From positions 1 to 49,713 of the forward strand of contig DVFV01000123.1 in the NCBI GenBank assembly GCA_018713045.1: a stretch of DNA of 49,713 bases. The letters run 5' to 3'. This document shows positions 9,340-19,797 of the stretch, one piece after another. The stretch comes from Candidatus Coprosoma intestinipullorum (GTDB taxonomy: Bacteria; Bacillota_I; Bacilli_A; RF39; UBA660). Numbering within the stretch: the stretch's first letter is position 1; the number at the start of each line of letters is the position of its first letter. A model generated the notes under the pieces. It saw only the letters and a list, made by a program, of their open reading frames with translations, ran no database searches and was not told the origin of the DNA. Position numbers and translations under genes: made by a program.

Positions 9340-9374
9340 ATAATATTCCCCCTCTTATTTAAATTATGGGTTAT

Positions 9375-9402
9375 ATTATAATCTTTTTTGAGTTTTTGTC
9401 AA
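9375..9402 (-). promoter_or_regulatory. SigmaA consensus promoter
   Basis: TTGACA-16 nt-TATAAT upstream of the 9339 start. Confidence 0.6.
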
Positions 9403-9428
9403 ATCTACGCATTTATTTTAGTTTGGAT

Positions 9429-10349
9429 TTATTTTTGCTTTTGGGATTTATTATATAATTTTGTTATTTTTGAATATGTTTTTTTATAAAAATTTTGATC
9501 ATCTGGGTGCTCATCAATGTAATCTATATCTACGAGAATATCTACTGCTTCTTCAATTGTCATTTTTTGAGATAATTCGGAAATCAGGTTTATTAAACAG
9601 GCGTTAAAGTAGTCGGCTTCCATGTCTTTGGGATTATCATAGAAACGCTCTATCAATATACTCAAATTTTGTAGTTTTGGATATGCTTTTTCATTTCTTG
9701 TTTTAAAATAGCGATTACATAAAGTTTCAGTGTATCCTTCATTTAGACCGCGACCTATTGATATAAAAAGATGGTCATGTTCTAGGTTTAATTCGAAGCC
9801 GTTAAGTTTGTTTTTCCGGTCTGCTGAAGAGGTGTGAAATAATTCGTGATGTAGAGTGTCTTTATTATTTTGAGGATTATAAAAAATGTTTATTGTATTT
9901 TTGACGTTGTCGTAGTTACCAAGACAAAAATACATTGTTTCTTCTATTTTTTTGATGTTAGAATTATCGCTTTTGACGATTTTTAAGGTTTGAATATTAT
10001 TATAGAAATTTATCAAGTTATTTGGTGCGACTTTATTTTTTAGTGTTTGGTAAAATTCAATGACATCTTCATCTTCTATAGAATTTTCAAGGTTAGTTAT
10101 TTTTGCTATTTCATTAGCTGATAAAATGGCGTATTTTATTTTTGGTATATCTTTTAAAGAAGTAAAGATATCTGTAAAATCGTTTTTAAATTTTTGAAAT
10201 TTTATTTTATCGTTTTTACTGTTATATTTTTGAATCTTATATTTGTTTATTTTATATATGTTTTTTTTTGTAACATAATTTTCATATTGAAGCCCTATAT
10301 AGAGGGCTGCTGGCAACTGAAGCAAAAAAGTTATATTTTGATAGTCCAT
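9429..10349 (-). CDS. Membrane-anchored gluzincin-like metallopeptidase, paralogue 2
   Basis: N-terminal hydrophobic segment; HELFHTSS...GRGLNEGYTE. Confidence 0.72.
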   Translation of the reverse strand: MDYQNITFLLQLPAALYIGLQYENYVTKKNIYKINKYKIQKYNSKNDKIKFQKFKNDFTDIFTSLKDIPKIKYAILSANEIAKITNLENSIEDEDVIEFYQTLKNKVAPNNLINFYNNIQTLKIVKSDNSNIKKIEETMYFCLGNYDNVKNTINIFYNPQNNKDTLHHELFHTSSADRKNKLNGFELNLEHDHLFISIGRGLNEGYTETLCNRYFKTRNEKAYPKLQNLSILIERFYDNPKDMEADYFNACLINLISELSQKMTIEEAVDILVDIDYIDEHPDDQNFYKKTYSKITKLYNKSQKQK

Positions 10350-10370
10350 GTAATCCTCCCCCCATCTAAA

Positions 10371-11300
10371 TTATTTTAGCTTAGCTTTAACTTTAAATGT
10401 TTCTTTTTCACTTTTACTATGATTTTGTGAATATAAGCTATACATATTTTCTTTGATATTTTTAAAATATTTATTATCGTGCGGGTGGTAAAGAATGTAA
10501 TCGGTGTCAATAAGCATATTGATAGCTTCGTCATAAGAGATACTCTGGGTGAGATGTGCTAAAAGGTTATAAAAATTTGCATGGAAGAAATCGGCTTCCA
10601 TGTCTTTTTTATCTTCATAAAATAGTTCGATTAGTTCGGCTATTTTCTTTAATTTTGGATAAGAGAGATTTTTAGAATTAAAATATCGCCTATTAAGAAG
10701 TTCGGTGTATCCTTCGGTAATTCCTTTACCTATCAGAATTTTATTTTCTTCGTGGTCATAATATGAAAGCCCAACTTGTTGAGTGCAGGAATTAAATGAT
10801 GCCAAATGTAGAAGTTCGTGGTTGATGGCACTTTTTACAAAATTGTGATAAATTGTAATCTCATTTTTATTTGGATTATATTCAGCAAATTTAATTAAAC
10901 CGTTTTCTATCTCAATTATTCGTTTGGTCATAGTTAATTTTTCGTTACTTACGGTTACGGTCTGTGCATTTGTAAGGAAGTTAGTTAAATGATCTATTTT
11001 AATTTCTTGACTTAATTTTTGATAAAACTGATATATTTTTGGCTTTTCTTCTAATTTTTTAGACATATCTAATAATTTTTCGTTTTCTTCTTTATTTAGT
11101 ATGGCGTATTTTATTATAGGAAAGTTATATTTTTGGTAATCTTTATCTTTGGGAATGAATTGTTCTTTAATTTTTTGAAGTTCGTCTTTAGTTTCTTTTC
11201 TGCTTTTTATTTTAATTCTGCGATCAAGGATAAAGTTTGTTTCAACTAACATTCCTCCAACTAAAATTGGAAGCATAGATAATAGTTCGTTTTTATCCAT
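10371..11300 (-). CDS. Membrane-anchored gluzincin-like metallopeptidase, paralogue 1
   Basis: N-terminal hydrophobic segment; HELLHLAS...GKGITEGYTE. Confidence 0.72.
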   Translation of the reverse strand: MDKNELLSMLPILVGGMLVETNFILDRRIKIKSRKETKDELQKIKEQFIPKDKDYQKYNFPIIKYAILNKEENEKLLDMSKKLEEKPKIYQFYQKLSQEIKIDHLTNFLTNAQTVTVSNEKLTMTKRIIEIENGLIKFAEYNPNKNEITIYHNFVKSAINHELLHLASFNSCTQQVGLSYYDHEENKILIGKGITEGYTELLNRRYFNSKNLSYPKLKKIAELIELFYEDKKDMEADFFHANFYNLLAHLTQSISYDEAINMLIDTDYILYHPHDNKYFKNIKENMYSLYSQNHSKSEKETFKVKAKLK

Positions 11301-11359
11301 AAAAGCTCTCCTTTCTTTAATTTGATATATTATATTTATTTAGAGAAAGTCAAGATTTT

Positions 11360-12187
11360 TTAATTGTTTATATGATGATGAATTTGTGGAGTTTTTTTGG
11401 TTATTTTAGCAAACGTATATCCACCCTCTTTACCATATTTTATTATATTTCTTAGGGCGCCTACTGTAGTCATTTTGGTTGGCGAGTCGTGCATTAAAAT
11501 GATATTGGTTCCACTTTTCAAGTGAGTGATGACATTATTATATATTTGATTTTCGTCGATGCATCCTGAGGCATCCATCGAATCGATATTCCAGTCATAG
11601 TAATAAAAGTCATTATGTGTTAATATTTCAGTGATTCTTGTCATGATGCCTGGTGAGTATTTTTTACTAATCGTGTTTGAAGAACCGCCTGGGAGCCTGA
11701 TTATTCTAGGTTTTTCGCCGATTATAGTAAATACTTTGTTTCTGATTTCGGTTAAATCGTTAAAATAGTTTTGCTCGCTTGAATATATGTAACTGTAGTT
11801 ATGGGTTGCGGTGTGAACGGCAACTGTATGATTTTCAGTATATTCTCTTTTGATGATATTTTGATATTTGTCTATTTGTTGGGAGGTGACAAAAAAGGTA
11901 GCCGGAACATTTTCTTCTTTTAATATATCTAATATTTCATGGGTTAAATAGCTTGGTCCATCGTCGAAGGTTAAGTAAATGGTTTTGTCTGAGATGATAG
12001 AAGGATTTATATTTTGAACTTTGATTTTAGATGCTTTTTTTAAGGTGATTTGTTTGGTAAAAGTTTTTTTCGGTATTTTTTTGAGTTGGCCATCTGGTTT
12101 TGTATATGACAAAGTACAGATTATTAATAAAAGAATATCCAGAACTATAATAATCCCGAATATTTTTATCTGTTTTTGATTTTCCAT
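11360..12187 (-). CDS. Polysaccharide/peptidoglycan deacetylase (CE4, NodB domain), N-terminal TM
   Basis: LTFDDGP, HTATH, RLPGGS, DWN and ILMHD. Confidence 0.9.
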   Translation of the reverse strand: MENQKQIKIFGIIIVLDILLLIICTLSYTKPDGQLKKIPKKTFTKQITLKKASKIKVQNINPSIISDKTIYLTFDDGPSYLTHEILDILKEENVPATFFVTSQQIDKYQNIIKREYTENHTVAVHTATHNYSYIYSSEQNYFNDLTEIRNKVFTIIGEKPRIIRLPGGSSNTISKKYSPGIMTRITEILTHNDFYYYDWNIDSMDASGCIDENQIYNNVITHLKSGTNIILMHDSPTKMTTVGALRNIIKYGKEGGYTFAKITKKTPQIHHHINN

Positions 12188-12203
12188 TTACATCACTTCT
12201 TTT

Positions 12204-13586
12204 CTAGTTGTTTACTTTATGGGTAACCATAGGAGTATTCATGGTTATTTTTTCAAAGGTATAGCCGTTATTTTTACCGTATTTAATAATATTTCTTAAG
12301 GCATCGCGAGTATATGGTTTGATATCATGCATGAGAATAATATTGCTGCGGTTTTTACTTAAAGATTTTATAACGTTATTGTAGACACCGGACGAAGATG
12401 TGGTTTCCCCGGCATCGCCGGAACTTATATTCCAGTCATAATATTTAAAGCCCTTATTTACAACATCTTTAGTTAAATAAGTCATTATACCAGACGAGTA
12501 TTTTTTACTGACAGTGTTTGATGAGCCTCCAGGGAATCTGATGATTTTAGACTCATAACCGGTTAGGTTTTTAACTCTGTTTTGAATTTGGTAAAGGTCT
12601 TGATAGTAATTGTTAGATGAACTATAAACGCTTTGATAGTTATGAGAGTATGTGTGAAGCCCAACGGTATGGCCTTCGTTATATTCTCTTTGAATTAAAT
12701 AATCTGGCCCTTTGCCGGTTACGAAAAATGTTGCTTTGACGTTTTCTTCTTTTAGAATGTCTAGGATAACATTGGTTGTTCCTTCGTTTGGCCCATCGTC
12801 AAATGTTAAATAGATTACACCAGGTTTAGATGACTGAGCTGGCTTTTCGATAACTTTAACGGTTCTTTTTACAGAAGACACGTTGCCTGATAAATCGGTA
12901 ACTTCGTATGTTATAGTATAAGTCCCAATTTTATTTGTGTCAACGGTTCCACTGGTTTTTATGTTTAAATTATTATCACAATTATCAGTAACGGATGCCC
13001 CTTTGTCTTGGTAACTAGTTCCTTTATAAATTGTTTCGTTTTTACCATTTAAGGTGATCTGCGGCGGAGTTTTATCTTCTTTGATGATTTGTCTTGTTAT
13101 TTCGGTTTTATTTTTAGACGAGTCTACTACACTATAATAAATTAGACCGTTTTCGTTTTTTACTTTTACTTTTTTTGTTAAATCGCCGTCATAGTTGTCG
13201 GTGGCTTTATATCCTTCTTCTTGATATTCGGCATTGGGACAGATTGTTTTTGTCAGGTCACCGTTTAAGGTGATTATTGGTTTCTCATCATCGACTATTT
13301 TTACTTTTCTTGTCTTGGTAAAGGTCATAAAACCGATTTTAATTTGATAATCGATGTCGTATGTTCCAATTTTTTTATAATCGATGTGATTTTGTTTTTT
13401 AACTTTTGATGTATAGTCGTGTCCAAATCTAGTTACCTTGAATCCTGGTTCGCGATATTTTTGACCATATTCTAATTTTATATTGCCTTTTTTAAGATTA
13501 AATGTTGGTGGGTAGAACTGATATGTTGCTATAAGACTTAAAAAAAATATGAAAATTACAACAATTATAATGATTTTTTTACGCAT
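12204..13586 (-). CDS. CE4 polysaccharide deacetylase with DUF5011/Ig-like repeats, N-terminal TM
   Basis: PxITLNG...ATDNYDGDLT repeats; LTFDDGP, HTYSH, RFPGGS and ILMHD. Confidence 0.9.
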   Translation of the reverse strand: MRKKIIIIVVIFIFFLSLIATYQFYPPTFNLKKGNIKLEYGQKYREPGFKVTRFGHDYTSKVKKQNHIDYKKIGTYDIDYQIKIGFMTFTKTRKVKIVDDEKPIITLNGDLTKTICPNAEYQEEGYKATDNYDGDLTKKVKVKNENGLIYYSVVDSSKNKTEITRQIIKEDKTPPQITLNGKNETIYKGTSYQDKGASVTDNCDNNLNIKTSGTVDTNKIGTYTITYEVTDLSGNVSSVKRTVKVIEKPAQSSKPGVIYLTFDDGPNEGTTNVILDILKEENVKATFFVTGKGPDYLIQREYNEGHTVGLHTYSHNYQSVYSSSNNYYQDLYQIQNRVKNLTGYESKIIRFPGGSSNTVSKKYSSGIMTYLTKDVVNKGFKYYDWNISSGDAGETTSSSGVYNNVIKSLSKNRSNIILMHDIKPYTRDALRNIIKYGKNNGYTFEKITMNTPMVTHKVNN

Positions 13587-13688
13587 AAAACTTACCTCTT
13601 AATTATTTGTTAGAGACTTTTATTCTCTACTTTTGATTATCTTTATTATACCATTTTTAATTAAAAAAGAATACTACCCAAAGTAGTA

Positions 13689-14450
13689 TTAGTTATAGAA
13701 GTTAATTATTGTTTGAATGTCTATTTGGGCTAAAAACATAATAAGGGCACCAGCGGCTAGAAATGGTCCAAAAGGGATTATATGAGTTGATTTTCGGGCC
13801 ATGATGATTAGAGATATTGGAAGACCAATAAGTGAGCCTAAAAAGATAGAAAGGATGGCAATTGGATAGCTTAAAACCATACCAAAGATGAAAAGTAATT
13901 TAATATCTCCCCCACCCATCGATTCTTTTTTGAATAGAAAGTCGCCAAATTTTTTCAAGGCCCACATCGTAAAGAAGGCTAGTATTCCATTTAAAAGGGA
14001 ATATAAGGCATCTTCAAAACCGTTTATCCACCAAATTTCACCGAATAAAAGGATTCCAAAGAAGATTAGAACTTCGTCAGATATTATCATGAATTCATAG
14101 TCGCTTACAACGATAATTGTAAGCATAGATACGAAAGTTATCGACAAAATAAACTCTTTGGTTGGACCAAATATTAAATACGAAATGATAAATAGAAGTC
14201 CAGTTAAGAATTCAAAAACAGGATAAAATCCAGATATTTTTTGTTTACAGTGCTTACATTTTCCTTTTTGAAAGAGGAACGAGAAGATTGGAATTAGTTC
14301 TGAGGATCCTAGGCGATGATTGCAATTTGGACAGTGACTTGGTGGAAAAACTATCGACTCCCCTTTTGGAAGTCGATAGCCGACGACGTTATAGAAGGAA
14401 CCCAGTAGCGTCCCTACGATGAATATAAATATTACAACAAATAGTTCCAT
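13689..14450 (-). CDS. pilD: Prepilin peptidase (A24, PilD/ComC type) with Zn-binding N-terminal domain
   Basis: GSFYNVVGYRLP, CPNC..GKCKHC, first Asp in VVSDY, MGGGDIKL and IPFGPFL. Confidence 0.92.
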   Translation of the reverse strand: MELFVVIFIFIVGTLLGSFYNVVGYRLPKGESIVFPPSHCPNCNHRLGSSELIPIFSFLFQKGKCKHCKQKISGFYPVFEFLTGLLFIISYLIFGPTKEFILSITFVSMLTIIVVSDYEFMIISDEVLIFFGILLFGEIWWINGFEDALYSLLNGILAFFTMWALKKFGDFLFKKESMGGGDIKLLFIFGMVLSYPIAILSIFLGSLIGLPISLIIMARKSTHIIPFGPFLAAGALIMFLAQIDIQTIINFYN

Positions 14451-14459
14451 ATTTACCCC

Positions 14460-15959
14460 CTAAGCTTGAATCGCACTATACATGTTGAACATTGGAACAA
14501 CGATAGATAATACGATGACACCAACCATAACTGTTAAGAGAATGATTAGTATTGGTTCGATAAATGTTTTGATTCTGGCAACCGCGTTTTTATGAAGATC
14601 TTGATAATAAGCAGCAACTTTATTCATCATTTCTGGTAATTGACCTGTTTTTTCACCTGTTACAATCATTTCGTAAGCTGGAATTGGGAAGGCCCATTGA
14701 TCTTTGAAGGCGGTTGATATTGATTTTCCTTTTGCTATGTTGTTAATGGCATTATGAATTAGTTGTTTATATATTTCGTTATTACTTACTTTATCTAAGA
14801 TTTCCATACTATTAGTGATGAAAACATTGTGAGCAAGCAATGAGGCGAATGTTTTGGAGAACATTGTAACTTCGTTATAGATAACAACGTTACCAAATAC
14901 TGGTGTGTGCATAACTAACCATTGAACACCAGTTTTGAATGATTTAACATTTTTGTATAAATAAAGGAATATTAATAAGAAGAAAACGATTCCAACTAAT
15001 ATCCAAAGGATATATTTTTGGAGGAAGTCACTTAGGGCGAGGACGGCTAAAGTAATTCCTGGAATATTTGCCCCATCCATTGTTTTGTAGATGTCGACGA
15101 ATCTTGGGACGACGAATAACATGATGAATGTTCCGACACCTAGGGCGATTATTAAGATTATAACTGGATAAATCATAGCTGTAACCATAGCTTTACGTGT
15201 AGCTTCAGTTTCTGCAAAGTATTCTTCCATATCATCTAGAGTTTCTGGAAGTTCACCAGTCATTTCAGATGCTTTTATCATGTTGATTAGAATTGACGGA
15301 AAGGCTTTGCCTTGTTTTTCTAAGGCTTCACTAAAGCTTTTTCCGGTTGTTAGGTCATAAGCTATACTATTTAAAACTAGTTTATAACTTTTCTTTTCAA
15401 ATTGTTTTACTAAAATTTTAATGGAATCAGCTAATGGTATTCCGGCTTTTAGGTAAGTAGATAACTGGGCAAGCATGAAAATTAAGTCTTTAGTTTTTAT
15501 TTTGATGTTGCTTGTTCCGTGCTGGCCATACATAATTTGAATCCATTTATTGGTTTGAATGTCATAGACGGTATAACCTTCGTTGATCAAATAAGAGTTA
15601 ACTTCGACTTTGGAAAAAGCATCGAAATAACCTTTAATCATTTTTCCTTCACTATTTTTAGCTATATATTGATAGGTTAATTTTTTGTCACTTTTTTTTG
15701 CATCTTCTCCATCGAAATTAAGCCTTAAAGGTTCAAGTGGAACTTTTCCTTTATAAACGTTGTCTTTACGTTTTTTTTCTTTTATTTTTTTGACTTTTTC
15801 TGGAGCGTTTACGATGTTTTCACCTAAATTGTTTAGACTGTCAGTGACAGATATTTTTTCTATTTTGTGTTTTTTATTAAATGGTTTTGTTAATGCTAAA
15901 AAGAAGTGGTATACCCAGACACATGGAGTTACTAAAATTTTTAGAAACATTATAGACAC
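14460..15959 (-). CDS. pilC: Type IV pilus / T2SS inner-membrane platform protein (T2SSF, PilC-like)
   Basis: YQYIAKNSEGK, QLSTYLKAGIPL, ASEMTGEL, AMIYP, TGEKTGQL and IEP..SIVVPMF. Confidence 0.88.
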   Translation of the reverse strand: MSIMFLKILVTPCVWVYHFFLALTKPFNKKHKIEKISVTDSLNNLGENIVNAPEKVKKIKEKKRKDNVYKGKVPLEPLRLNFDGEDAKKSDKKLTYQYIAKNSEGKMIKGYFDAFSKVEVNSYLINEGYTVYDIQTNKWIQIMYGQHGTSNIKIKTKDLIFMLAQLSTYLKAGIPLADSIKILVKQFEKKSYKLVLNSIAYDLTTGKSFSEALEKQGKAFPSILINMIKASEMTGELPETLDDMEEYFAETEATRKAMVTAMIYPVIILIIALGVGTFIMLFVVPRFVDIYKTMDGANIPGITLAVLALSDFLQKYILWILVGIVFFLLIFLYLYKNVKSFKTGVQWLVMHTPVFGNVVIYNEVTMFSKTFASLLAHNVFITNSMEILDKVSNNEIYKQLIHNAINNIAKGKSISTAFKDQWAFPIPAYEMIVTGEKTGQLPEMMNKVAAYYQDLHKNAVARIKTFIEPILIILLTVMVGVIVLSIVVPMFNMYSAIQA

Positions 15960-16060
15960 CTTCCTATTCTTTTACACTATTTTTATTATAACATAAATTT
16001 ATAATTATTTTAAAACTTTTTAGGACAAAAACATATAATATTTTAGAAAGGGGCAGTAAT

Positions 16061-16402
16061 ATGAATTTTTATAATCCTTATTATATGACTATGCCAGTAA
16101 GTACAGGACGTGGCCTTATGGGTCTATTTGGACGAGGTGGCTTTAATTTGGGAAATTTACTTAATGGAGCTCAAAGGACTTTGGGCTTAGTAAATCAAGC
16201 TATTCCACTTATTAAGCAAGCAGCACCGATGGTAAGAAATGCCAAAACGATGTTTCAAGTGATGAACGAATTTAAACGGGTCGAGACTCCGCAAGAGAAT
16301 GTAAGTAATCGAATTGTAGAAAGTAGCCCCGATAATAATGTTCAAAACGATTATGTTCAAACAAATAGTGTGAATAGTTCTGGTCCAACTTTCTTTATAT
16401 AA
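16061..16402 (+). CDS. VrrA/YqfQ-family (sporulation-associated) protein
   Basis: LLNGAQRTLGLVNQAIPLIKQAAPMVRNAKTM matches the YqfQ core; C-terminal GPTFFI; CATATAAT upstream at 16032-16039. Confidence 0.7.
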   Translation: MNFYNPYYMTMPVSTGRGLMGLFGRGGFNLGNLLNGAQRTLGLVNQAIPLIKQAAPMVRNAKTMFQVMNEFKRVETPQENVSNRIVESSPDNNVQNDYVQTNSVNSSGPTFFI

Positions 16403-16430
16403 AAAGCCAAGGGTTTAATCTTGGCTTTTG
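16401..16430. terminator. Bidirectional terminator between yqfQ-like and trmK
   Basis: AAAAGCCAAGG-GTTTAA-TCTTGGCTTTT. Confidence 0.65.
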
Positions 16431-16864
16431 GCATATATTATAGTATAGTCTTTTTTATCGTTTACTGATATTTCTTTTTCAATTTTATAATTTTTGCTTA
16501 TCAAAAACTCTTTTAAATCTTCAATATTGGTATGACTTGAAATAATTAAATCATTATGAATATCAAAGTTTAGTATTTTGATTATATTTTTAGTTCCCAT
16601 GCCGGAGATAACGATGATTTCGTCTTTTAATTTTAAGCCGGTTAAGCCATCGTTTGTCAAAGTTTCTATGTTGGCTTGATATTTAATAGCGTTTTCTTTG
16701 GCTTTTTCAGTACAATATGGTGATATGTCAGTAGCTAGGCATGAGCAATTTTTATATTTGTTTAAGTGAATATCCAGTAAGGCGTGATCGGCGCCGACAT
16801 CGATTACTTTTGAGTCGTTTGGAATTAAATCGCTTATAGCTTTTAATCTTTTACTTAATTTCAT
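16415..16864 (-). CDS. trmK: tRNA (adenine22-N1)-methyltransferase, short form
   Basis: LSKRLKAI, DVGADHALL, DGL and ISGMG; conserved position after rpoD. Confidence 0.82.
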   Translation of the reverse strand: MKLSKRLKAISDLIPNDSKVIDVGADHALLDIHLNKYKNCSCLATDISPYCTEKAKENAIKYQANIETLTNDGLTGLKLKDEIIVISGMGTKNIIKILNFDIHNDLIISSHTNIEDLKEFLISKNYKIEKEISVNDKKDYTIIYAKSQD

Positions 16865-17941
16865 TTAGTCTCCTAAGTAATCTTTTAATTTACGGCTACG
16901 TGATGGATGACGAAGTTTTCTTAAAGCTTTGGCTTCGATTTGTCTTATACGTTCACGTGTAACACCAAATAGTTGGCCAACTTCTTCCAGAGTTCTTGGG
17001 CGTCCATCTTCGAGACCAAATCTTAATCTGATTACTTTCTCTTCTCTTTCTGTTAAGGTAAGTAGTACTTCAGATATTTCATCTTTTAAAAGTTCATTGA
17101 TGGCGAAGTCTTCAGGTGACATGTTTGTTTCGTCTGGAATGAAGTCGCCTAGATGAGAATCGTCTTCTTCACCAATTGGAATTTCAAGACTAACTGGTTC
17201 TTGACTTATTTTGTAGATATCTCTGATTTTATCGACACTGATACCCATTTTTTTGGATAATTCTTCTTCGGTTGGTTCCCTATTTAGTTCAAGAGTTAAT
17301 TGTCTTTCAACACGAGCTAACTTATTGATGGTTTCAACCATGTGTACGGGTACTCGAATTGTACGAGCTTGATCGGCAATGGCTCTAGTGATTGCTTGTC
17401 TTATCCACCATGTTGCATATGTCGAAAATTTATAACCTTTGCTGACGTCGAATTTTTCAACGGCTTTCATTAAACCGATGTTTCCTTCTTGGATCAGATC
17501 TAAGAATAACATGCCACGACCAACATATCTTTTGGCGATACTAACAACTAGTCTTAAGTTAGCTTCAGCTAAAGTGGCTTTAGCTTGTTCATCACCTTCT
17601 TGGATACGGTCAGCTAATTCTAGTTCTTCTTCTGTTGTTAAAAGTTTAATTTGACCGATTTCTTTTAGATACATTCTAACTGGGTCGTTGATTGTTAAAT
17701 CTTTGCTTAAAAGTTCAGCGTCTGTGCCTGTAATGTCGGTTTCGTCATCATCGGGGTTTTCAGAGATGACTTTGATGTGATTTTCACTTAGGGCATTATA
17801 TAAATCATCTAAGGAATCGGCATCTAAATCTAATCCTTTTAATTTTTCGGCTAATTTTTCATAAGTAACAGTTCCGGTTTTTTTACCTTCAGCAATTAGT
17901 TCTTTTTTTCTGTCTTCGAATGTTTTCATTTCTTCAAACAT
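16865..17941 (-). CDS. rpoD: RNA polymerase primary sigma factor
   Basis: [34 protein letters not shown] and TRERIRQIE. Confidence 0.98.
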   Translation of the reverse strand: MFEEMKTFEDRKKELIAEGKKTGTVTYEKLAEKLKGLDLDADSLDDLYNALSENHIKVISENPDDDETDITGTDAELLSKDLTINDPVRMYLKEIGQIKLLTTEEELELADRIQEGDEQAKATLAEANLRLVVSIAKRYVGRGMLFLDLIQEGNIGLMKAVEKFDVSKGYKFSTYATWWIRQAITRAIADQARTIRVPVHMVETINKLARVERQLTLELNREPTEEELSKKMGISVDKIRDIYKISQEPVSLEIPIGEEDDSHLGDFIPDETNMSPEDFAINELLKDEISEVLLTLTEREEKVIRLRFGLEDGRPRTLEEVGQLFGVTRERIRQIEAKALRKLRHPSRSRKLKDYLGD

Positions 17942-17945
17942 GTTT

Positions 17946-19667
17946 TTACTCTCCTTTTCTTAAATCAATTATTTTTTGAGCAATAGCTGCTTGTTTTAGT
18001 GGATCTGTTTCGGCATCCATTTTTTTAGTTAAGCGTTTTACTTCGCTATTTATATTATAATCTTTAATGACATTTATATAATCTTCGATTTCTTCATTTG
18101 TGTATTTTTCAGAATAATTGTTTTGGTTTATTTTTTTGATTGTTTCCATAATATCGGGATCATATTCGATATAGTCGAGAAAGTCTGCTTCATTTATATA
18201 ACCGTTTTTCTTGTAGAATTCACTTATTTCTCTGGCCAGAAGACGGTATTCGGCTTTTGGCATATAAGTGACTTTGCGATCATACATTTTAATAACCTCT
18301 GAACTTTTTAACATGTGATAAACCAAAGCCGCTTCAGCTTTTTCGTATTTGTTTTTGATTATGTTTTGAGTGACTTTTGTTTCTATTTCTTTTTTGGGCT
18401 TTTCAGTAAGATGACTTTTCAGAAAATCCTTATCGATATTTGCTTCATCTGCCACTTTAGAAATGGTTATTTCTCTTAAGATGTCGTCATCAATTTTGTT
18501 TATTTCGGCAATTACTTCTTTGATGTAACTGGCTTTATCGACACTGTTTCCGAGATTTTTATCTTTTTTCAAATATGAAAGTTTGAATTCTAAGGAACTT
18601 TGTGGATGGTTTATTTTACTTATAAAGGCATCCTTACCTTTTTGCCTGATGTAGTCATCTGGGTCGAGGCCATCTTCAAGTCTTACGACTTTAGGATTTA
18701 CGCCAAGAGAGATTAATTCATCGATAAACGATAAAGTTCCTTTGGCTCCTGCTTCATCACCGTCAAAACAAATTATCACATCTTTAGCCAATCTTTTGAT
18801 TAAATGGGCCTGGGTATTAGTGACGGCCGTTCCCATGGTAGCAACGACGTTTGGAAGGCCATTAATGTAAGTTCGAATGGCGGCCATAAATCCTTCGACA
18901 ACGATGATTTGATTTTTTTGCCTTGCAGGTTCTTTGGCCCGGTGATAATTATATAGAAGTTCACCTTTTTTGAATATTGGGGTTTCTCTGGTGTTAATGT
19001 ATTTTGAATTGTCTTTACGGTCATAGATACGCCCACTATAAGCGACGACTTCACCATTTAAATCATATAAGGGGAACATTATACGATTATAGAATAAATC
19101 GAAATAGCCATATTCATTTTTTTTAACTAATCCACTTTCTAAAACATCTTCGGGTTTAAATTTACTCAAAAGAATTTTTGCTAAATCGCGGTCATTTTCG
19201 AGAGATAGGCCGATTTGAAATTCTTTGATGATACTTTCATCGACATCTCTATTTTTAAGATATTCTTTAGCTTTTTTGCCTTGCGGGGTATTGATATTGT
19301 TGGTGTAAAATTTTAAACTCAAGTCGTATATTTGATGAAGATTTGGGTATGTTTTAGCTGTTTTAACTTTACCTAAATTAACTTTAATCCCACCTAAATT
19401 GGCAACTTTTTGGACGGCTTCTTTGAAGGAGACATTTTCAAAGTCCATAATAAATTTGAAAACGGTTCCCGTCGCTCCACAGGAGAAGCATTTGTATATT
19501 TGCCTTTCTGGGCTGACACTCATACTTGGGTTACTGTCATCGTGAAATGGACAAATACCAAAATAGTTTTTACCTTTAGGAGTGAGAGAAACATACGATG
19601 AAATAACGTCGACGATATTGACACTGTTTCGAATTTCATTTATTTGTTCTTGAGTTAGTGTGTTCAT
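17946..19667 (-). CDS. dnaG: DNA primase
   Basis: CPFH..CFSC Zn finger, RIMFP, KYIN, VEGF and FDGDEAG TOPRIM; start at 19667 or 19676. Confidence 0.97.
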   Translation of the reverse strand: MNTLTQEQINEIRNSVNIVDVISSYVSLTPKGKNYFGICPFHDDSNPSMSVSPERQIYKCFSCGATGTVFKFIMDFENVSFKEAVQKVANLGGIKVNLGKVKTAKTYPNLHQIYDLSLKFYTNNINTPQGKKAKEYLKNRDVDESIIKEFQIGLSLENDRDLAKILLSKFKPEDVLESGLVKKNEYGYFDLFYNRIMFPLYDLNGEVVAYSGRIYDRKDNSKYINTRETPIFKKGELLYNYHRAKEPARQKNQIIVVEGFMAAIRTYINGLPNVVATMGTAVTNTQAHLIKRLAKDVIICFDGDEAGAKGTLSFIDELISLGVNPKVVRLEDGLDPDDYIRQKGKDAFISKINHPQSSLEFKLSYLKKDKNLGNSVDKASYIKEVIAEINKIDDDILREITISKVADEANIDKDFLKSHLTEKPKKEIETKVTQNIIKNKYEKAEAALVYHMLKSSEVIKMYDRKVTYMPKAEYRLLAREISEFYKKNGYINEADFLDYIEYDPDIMETIKKINQNNYSEKYTNEEIEDYINVIKDYNINSEVKRLTKKMDAETDPLKQAAIAQKIIDLRKGE

Positions 19668-19692
19668 GAATACCATACCCCTCTATATATAA

Positions 19693-19722
19693 ATATACAA
19701 TATTCGAGTCGAATTTCCTTTT
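19693..19722 (-). promoter_or_regulatory. Putative sigmaH-like promoter of dnaG-rpoD
   Basis: AAAAGGAAAT-14 nt-GTATAT; the same motif lies before comEA. Confidence 0.45.
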
Positions 19723-19797
19723 TTTTTCGAAAAAAAATTAAAAAAATTATATTTTTTTGAATTTTTACCAATATTATAGGTAGAAAAAGGTGATTTT

